A stretch of DNA of 8,112 nt from IMG/VR virus record IMGVR_UViG_2563366903_000016. One strand, 5' to 3'. Origin of the DNA: a virus. Its lineage: Duplodnaviria; Heunggongvirae; Uroviricota; Caudoviricetes. The notes under the pieces were generated by a model. It saw nothing but the letters and a program-made list of their open reading frames with translations. It ran no database searches and was not told where the DNA came from. This document shows, piece by piece, positions 5,701 through 8,112 of this stretch. The position numbers and the translations under genes are program-made. Numbering within the stretch: the first letter of the stretch is position 1; the number at the start of each line of letters is the position of its first letter.

Positions 5701-6136
5701 GTCAATACCTTCAAATCTTGATGTTTTTAATGAAACAGTTGGTAAAACTTTTGCGTTTCTTTATGAAACTTTTCCCCGCAAAGTAACTATTGATATTTGT
5801 GCCTTAACCGGTGTTTCAGAGCTGACTTTTGAAGAAGACCGATCCTCCAGGAGGCAACTAGTTGAAGCTCTTGAGCTTCGCCGTGACTCCATCGCATGGC
5901 TTGTTGATGCTGGTTATGTATCCGCTAAATCTTCTCCTCCGCATTACTTTTCTGATGCGGTTCTCACGGCCAAAGGTCTTGAATTACTTAAGCTTGATCC
6001 AGAGTCACTTAAACAATCATTTGGCGACAAGCTTGTTGATGCAGCCAAGAGTGGCTCAATGGACGCGATAAAAAGCACCGCATCATCCGCTCTTACTACT
6101 GGGTTATCCTTTGCTTTCAAAAGTCTTCTTGGTTGA
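5699..6136 (+). CDS. hypothetical protein (145 aa) on the opposite strand in AT-rich DNA, candidate moron/accessory gene
   Basis: ATG at 5699 with GGAG 6 nt upstream (track start 5687 is an in-frame GTG). Coding region is visibly AT-richer than its flanks (by eye, not computed). Antisense to the early operon and convergent with cox. Candidate -10 TATAAG at 5669-5674; hairpin at 6179-6204 downstream. No family recognised. Confidence 0.55.
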   Translation: MSIPSNLDVFNETVGKTFAFLYETFPRKVTIDICALTGVSELTFEEDRSSRRQLVEALELRRDSIAWLVDAGYVSAKSSPPHYFSDAVLTAKGLELLKLDPESLKQSFGDKLVDAAKSGSMDAIKSTASSALTTGLSFAFKSLLG

Positions 6137-6178
6137 TTGTTGCGCCCCCGCATAACACCAACGATTAGATTATTTACG

Positions 6179-6204
6179 GCGAAATCTCCTGTTGTGGATT
6201 TCGC
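6179..6204. terminator. stem-loop between convergent genes (candidate terminator for the plus-strand gene)
   Basis: Perfect 8-bp inverted repeat GCGAAATC (6179-6186) / GATTTCGC (6197-6204) with a 10-nt loop. On the plus strand it is followed by a T-rich stretch (TGTGTGTTTGATATT, then T6 at 6227-6232); on the minus strand the following sequence is not U-rich. Confidence 0.3.
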
Positions 6205-6217
6205 TGTGTGTTTGATA

Positions 6218-6643
6218 TTAAGCTGCTTTTTTACTGATACGTTTATTCCGTGAACCAGCTGCTGGCTTAAATAAAAAAAGTCGGTTTTCCCATTCGTGCC
6301 ATTCTTGCGGTGCGTTTTCAGTGAGTCGATCGCAGGCTTCATCCCATGCTTTCCGGTTGATGTAAAGTTCGGCGTTTCCGCCAGGCTTGAGAGGGTCCGC
6401 CATGTACACAGCGGGTAATTTCCCTGCTTTTGCCATGCTCACGATGGCGTCAACGGTCTTGCCGATATACATCGCAAACCCTTCTTTTGACAGGAGATGA
6501 GAAGGGTTTTGTGAAAGCCTGATTTCTTGGCGTTCAGGGGCTTTGCGCCCGGTCTTTTGGTGTGCGGTTTCTGGCGCATCTGTCAACTGATCGCACTGTG
6601 TTTCGGCAGGCGATTCAGGCGCGTTTTGAGTGACTTCTTGCAT
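6218..6643 (-). CDS. cox: Cox-like excisionase/transcriptional regulator with an N-terminal acidic extension
   Basis: C-terminal ~85 aa (EGFAMYIGKTVDAIVSMAKAGKLPAVYMADP ... AELYINRKAWDE) match my recollection of P2 Cox (EFAKLIGKSTGAVRRMIDKGKLPVIDMTDP ... AGEYWVYLPAWN). ATG at 6643 has GGAGGA 5 nt upstream; an internal ATG at 6472 also has an SD (GAAGGG) but would remove conserved residues. Divergent from the repressor gene. Confidence 0.65.
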   Translation of the reverse strand: MQEVTQNAPESPAETQCDQLTDAPETAHQKTGRKAPERQEIRLSQNPSHLLSKEGFAMYIGKTVDAIVSMAKAGKLPAVYMADPLKPGGNAELYINRKAWDEACDRLTENAPQEWHEWENRLFLFKPAAGSRNKRISKKAA

Positions 6644-6750
6644 CTGGTATCCTCCGTTATTGGTGCTATTTCTATTTAGCACCAGTTAGAGCCGCCTAGA
6701 TTGTCTCTAGGTGTGTTTGTTGATGTATAAACTAAGAGAGTTAACTTACT
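6644..6750. promoter_or_regulatory. divergent cox/C promoter-operator (switch) region
   Basis: 107-bp intergenic region between divergent cox and C. Contains palindrome TGGTGCTA-n8-TAGCACCA (6661-6684) and palindrome CTAGA-n5-TCTAG (6696-6710). Candidate -10 TATAAA (6726-6731) for the repressor transcript. Exact promoters were not resolved. Confidence 0.5.
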
Positions 6751-7050
6751 ATGTCAACTAACGTAGGTGAAAAAATTAGAATCATGCGTAAGTCTGAAAT
6801 GCTTACACAAGAAAAAATGGCTGAAATTACAGGGCTCACGGTAGCGGCCCTGCGTCAATATGAACAGGGGAGAAATGAGCCAAATCTTGAATCCACAAAA
6901 AAGCTGCTCAAGTCTCCCGTCTTCCGTAAATACCGTGACTGGTTTTTGTTCGATGAGGTCGAACCAAAGGCCGGGCAGGTGGTACCGGCTCTCGCACACA
7001 TTGGGCGAAGCGAATCGGAATCACCCCACTCCGGCAAGAAGACTGGTTAA
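6751..7050 (+). CDS. C: P2 C-type immunity repressor (99 aa)
   Basis: Length and sequence match my recollection of P2 C: EKIRIMRKSE, ITGLTVAALRQYEQGR (HTH region), and C-terminal PALAHIGRSESESPHSGKKTG against P2 PALAHFGQNETTSPHSGQKTG. Sits immediately upstream of int on the same strand, as in P2. Confidence 0.85.
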   Translation: MSTNVGEKIRIMRKSEMLTQEKMAEITGLTVAALRQYEQGRNEPNLESTKKLLKSPVFRKYRDWFLFDEVEPKAGQVVPALAHIGRSESESPHSGKKTG

Positions 7051-7116
7051 CGGTCCATCTGGCCTTTATTTCTCAAAATTGTGATCAAGATGATGTTTTC
7101 ATTGGGGGGCTTCCTT

Positions 7117-8112
7117 ATGTCGATTAAGAAGCTCGCTGATGGCAAATACTGTGTGGACGTGCGGCCTGCTGGATCTGAAGGAAGAAGATTTCGGCGGCGA
7201 TTTCCTACCCGTGGTGAAGCGGCGATGTATGAACGCCATGTTCTGACGCATTATCACGATAAGGACTGGGTCGAAAAACCTATTGAACGTAAAGCGTTAA
7301 GCGATCTTCTGGAACTGTGGTGGGTGTACCACGGTAAGAATCATCGTTATGGCGCGATGAATCGGGTCAGAATTGAAGCGGTTCTTCGTGATATGCAAGA
7401 GCTTGGTATTAACAGAAGTGACCACTTAACCCGAAAAAATATTATCAGATATCGCCTTGAATTAATGAATCGCGGAATTAAGCAGTCAACGGTAAATCGT
7501 TATTGTGCAATGATGAGCGGTTTCTTTGAAAAGCTGATTGATGTTGAAGAGTTTGTGGGTGATAACCCGTTTCACGAGATACGCAAGCTAACAATTAATC
7601 AGCCGGAAATGGCTTATCTTGCACATGATGATATTCCCAGGCTAACCGCACTTTTATCTGGCGATAATCTTAAGGCTGTATTGTTAAGCCTGGCTACAGG
7701 CGGGCGCTGGAGTGAAGTTGCCAATATTAAAGGTGAACACATAATTGGTGGGAAGGTTATTTTTATGGAGACAAAGAATGGATCGCGGCGGGTTATTCCT
7801 ATAGCTAAAGATCTTGAATCTCTGATTAAAGTCAAAGCGACGGGAAGATTAATGAACCCCAGTTATGCGATAGTCAGAAGTGCAATAAGGACTGTGCGGC
7901 CTGATTTACCAGTCGGTCAGTCTGTGCATGTTTTACGGCACACATTCGCAACTCATTTCATGATTAATGGAGGGAACATTATTACCCTTCAGCGTATTTT
8001 AGGGCACAGCACAATTCAGCAAACAATGACCTATGCGCACTTTGCGCCTGATTATCTCCAGGACGCGGTAAGGTTCAATCCGGTTGCGGAGTTGTCCAGA
8101 TTTTGCCCATAA
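7117..8112 (+). CDS. int: tyrosine site-specific integrase (P2 Int-like)
   Basis: N-terminus MSIKKLADGKYCVDVRP resembles the P2 Int N-terminus. C-terminal catalytic region has HVLRHTFATHF (His and Arg box) and the tyrosine in TMTYAHF. ATG 7117 chosen over the track GTG 7081 by homology. Complete ORF; TAA stop at 8110-8112 is the last codon of the window. Confidence 0.9.
   Translation: MSIKKLADGKYCVDVRPAGSEGRRFRRRFPTRGEAAMYERHVLTHYHDKDWVEKPIERKALSDLLELWWVYHGKNHRYGAMNRVRIEAVLRDMQELGINRSDHLTRKNIIRYRLELMNRGIKQSTVNRYCAMMSGFFEKLIDVEEFVGDNPFHEIRKLTINQPEMAYLAHDDIPRLTALLSGDNLKAVLLSLATGGRWSEVANIKGEHIIGGKVIFMETKNGSRRVIPIAKDLESLIKVKATGRLMNPSYAIVRSAIRTVRPDLPVGQSVHVLRHTFATHFMINGGNIITLQRILGHSTIQQTMTYAHFAPDYLQDAVRFNPVAELSRFCP

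Noticed and set aside
5944-6342. 132-aa minus-strand ORF spanning the cox 3' end and the plus-strand gene
   Set aside because: Overlaps the Cox-homologous frame and the better-supported plus gene, crosses the intergenic hairpin, and has no RBS.
6754-7084. ORFs overlapping the repressor gene (6754-6999 minus, 6855-7037 minus, 6860-7084 plus)
   Set aside because: The plus frame 6751-7050 has a convincing P2 C-like sequence; the others are shadow frames.
7104-7109. G6 run between the repressor and integrase genes
   Set aside because: Short, and located in the int ribosome-binding region where it more likely contributes to an SD-like sequence than to slippage.
7614-7835. 73-aa minus-strand ORF inside the integrase gene
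   Set aside because: Antisense to a complete, well-supported integrase ORF.
1-8112. CRISPR arrays, IS elements/transposases, rRNA genes
   Set aside because: No regularly spaced direct repeats, no transposase-like ORF or terminal inverted repeats, and no rRNA-like conserved sequence were seen on either strand.

Overview
This window reads as the lysogeny/early-region end of a P2/186-like temperate prophage in an enterobacterial host. No database search or computation was run; all family calls rest on motifs I recognise by eye and on recalled P2 protein sequences. On the right is a canonical P2-type switch: a Cox-like gene (6218-6643, -), divergent from a 99-aa C-type repressor (6751-7050, +) followed by a tyrosine integrase (7117-8112, +) that ends at the window edge, so the att site and prophage boundary should lie just beyond. 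Leftward from cox runs a tightly packed minus-strand operon (5700 down to 1683) with many overlapping stop/start junctions. It encodes small unknown proteins, two tiny hydrophobic peptides, a DEDDh 3'-5' exonuclease, a Dam-family N6-adenine methyltransferase with a C-terminal Cys4 extension, and a DUF4406/nucleoside 2-deoxyribosyltransferase-like protein. Two plus-strand genes interrupt this: an AT-rich 145-aa gene (5699-6136) set antisense between cox and the operon, and a 155-aa membrane-protein gene (1255-1722) with its own TATAAT promoter, preceded by two minus-strand intrinsic terminators. A G8 homopolymer sits in the small ORF that is translationally coupled to dam. Three more minus-strand genes of unknown function occupy 1-868. 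No rRNA, tRNA, CRISPR array or transposase was seen. The most likely places for an undescribed function are the two opposite-strand insertions and the G8/dam junction.
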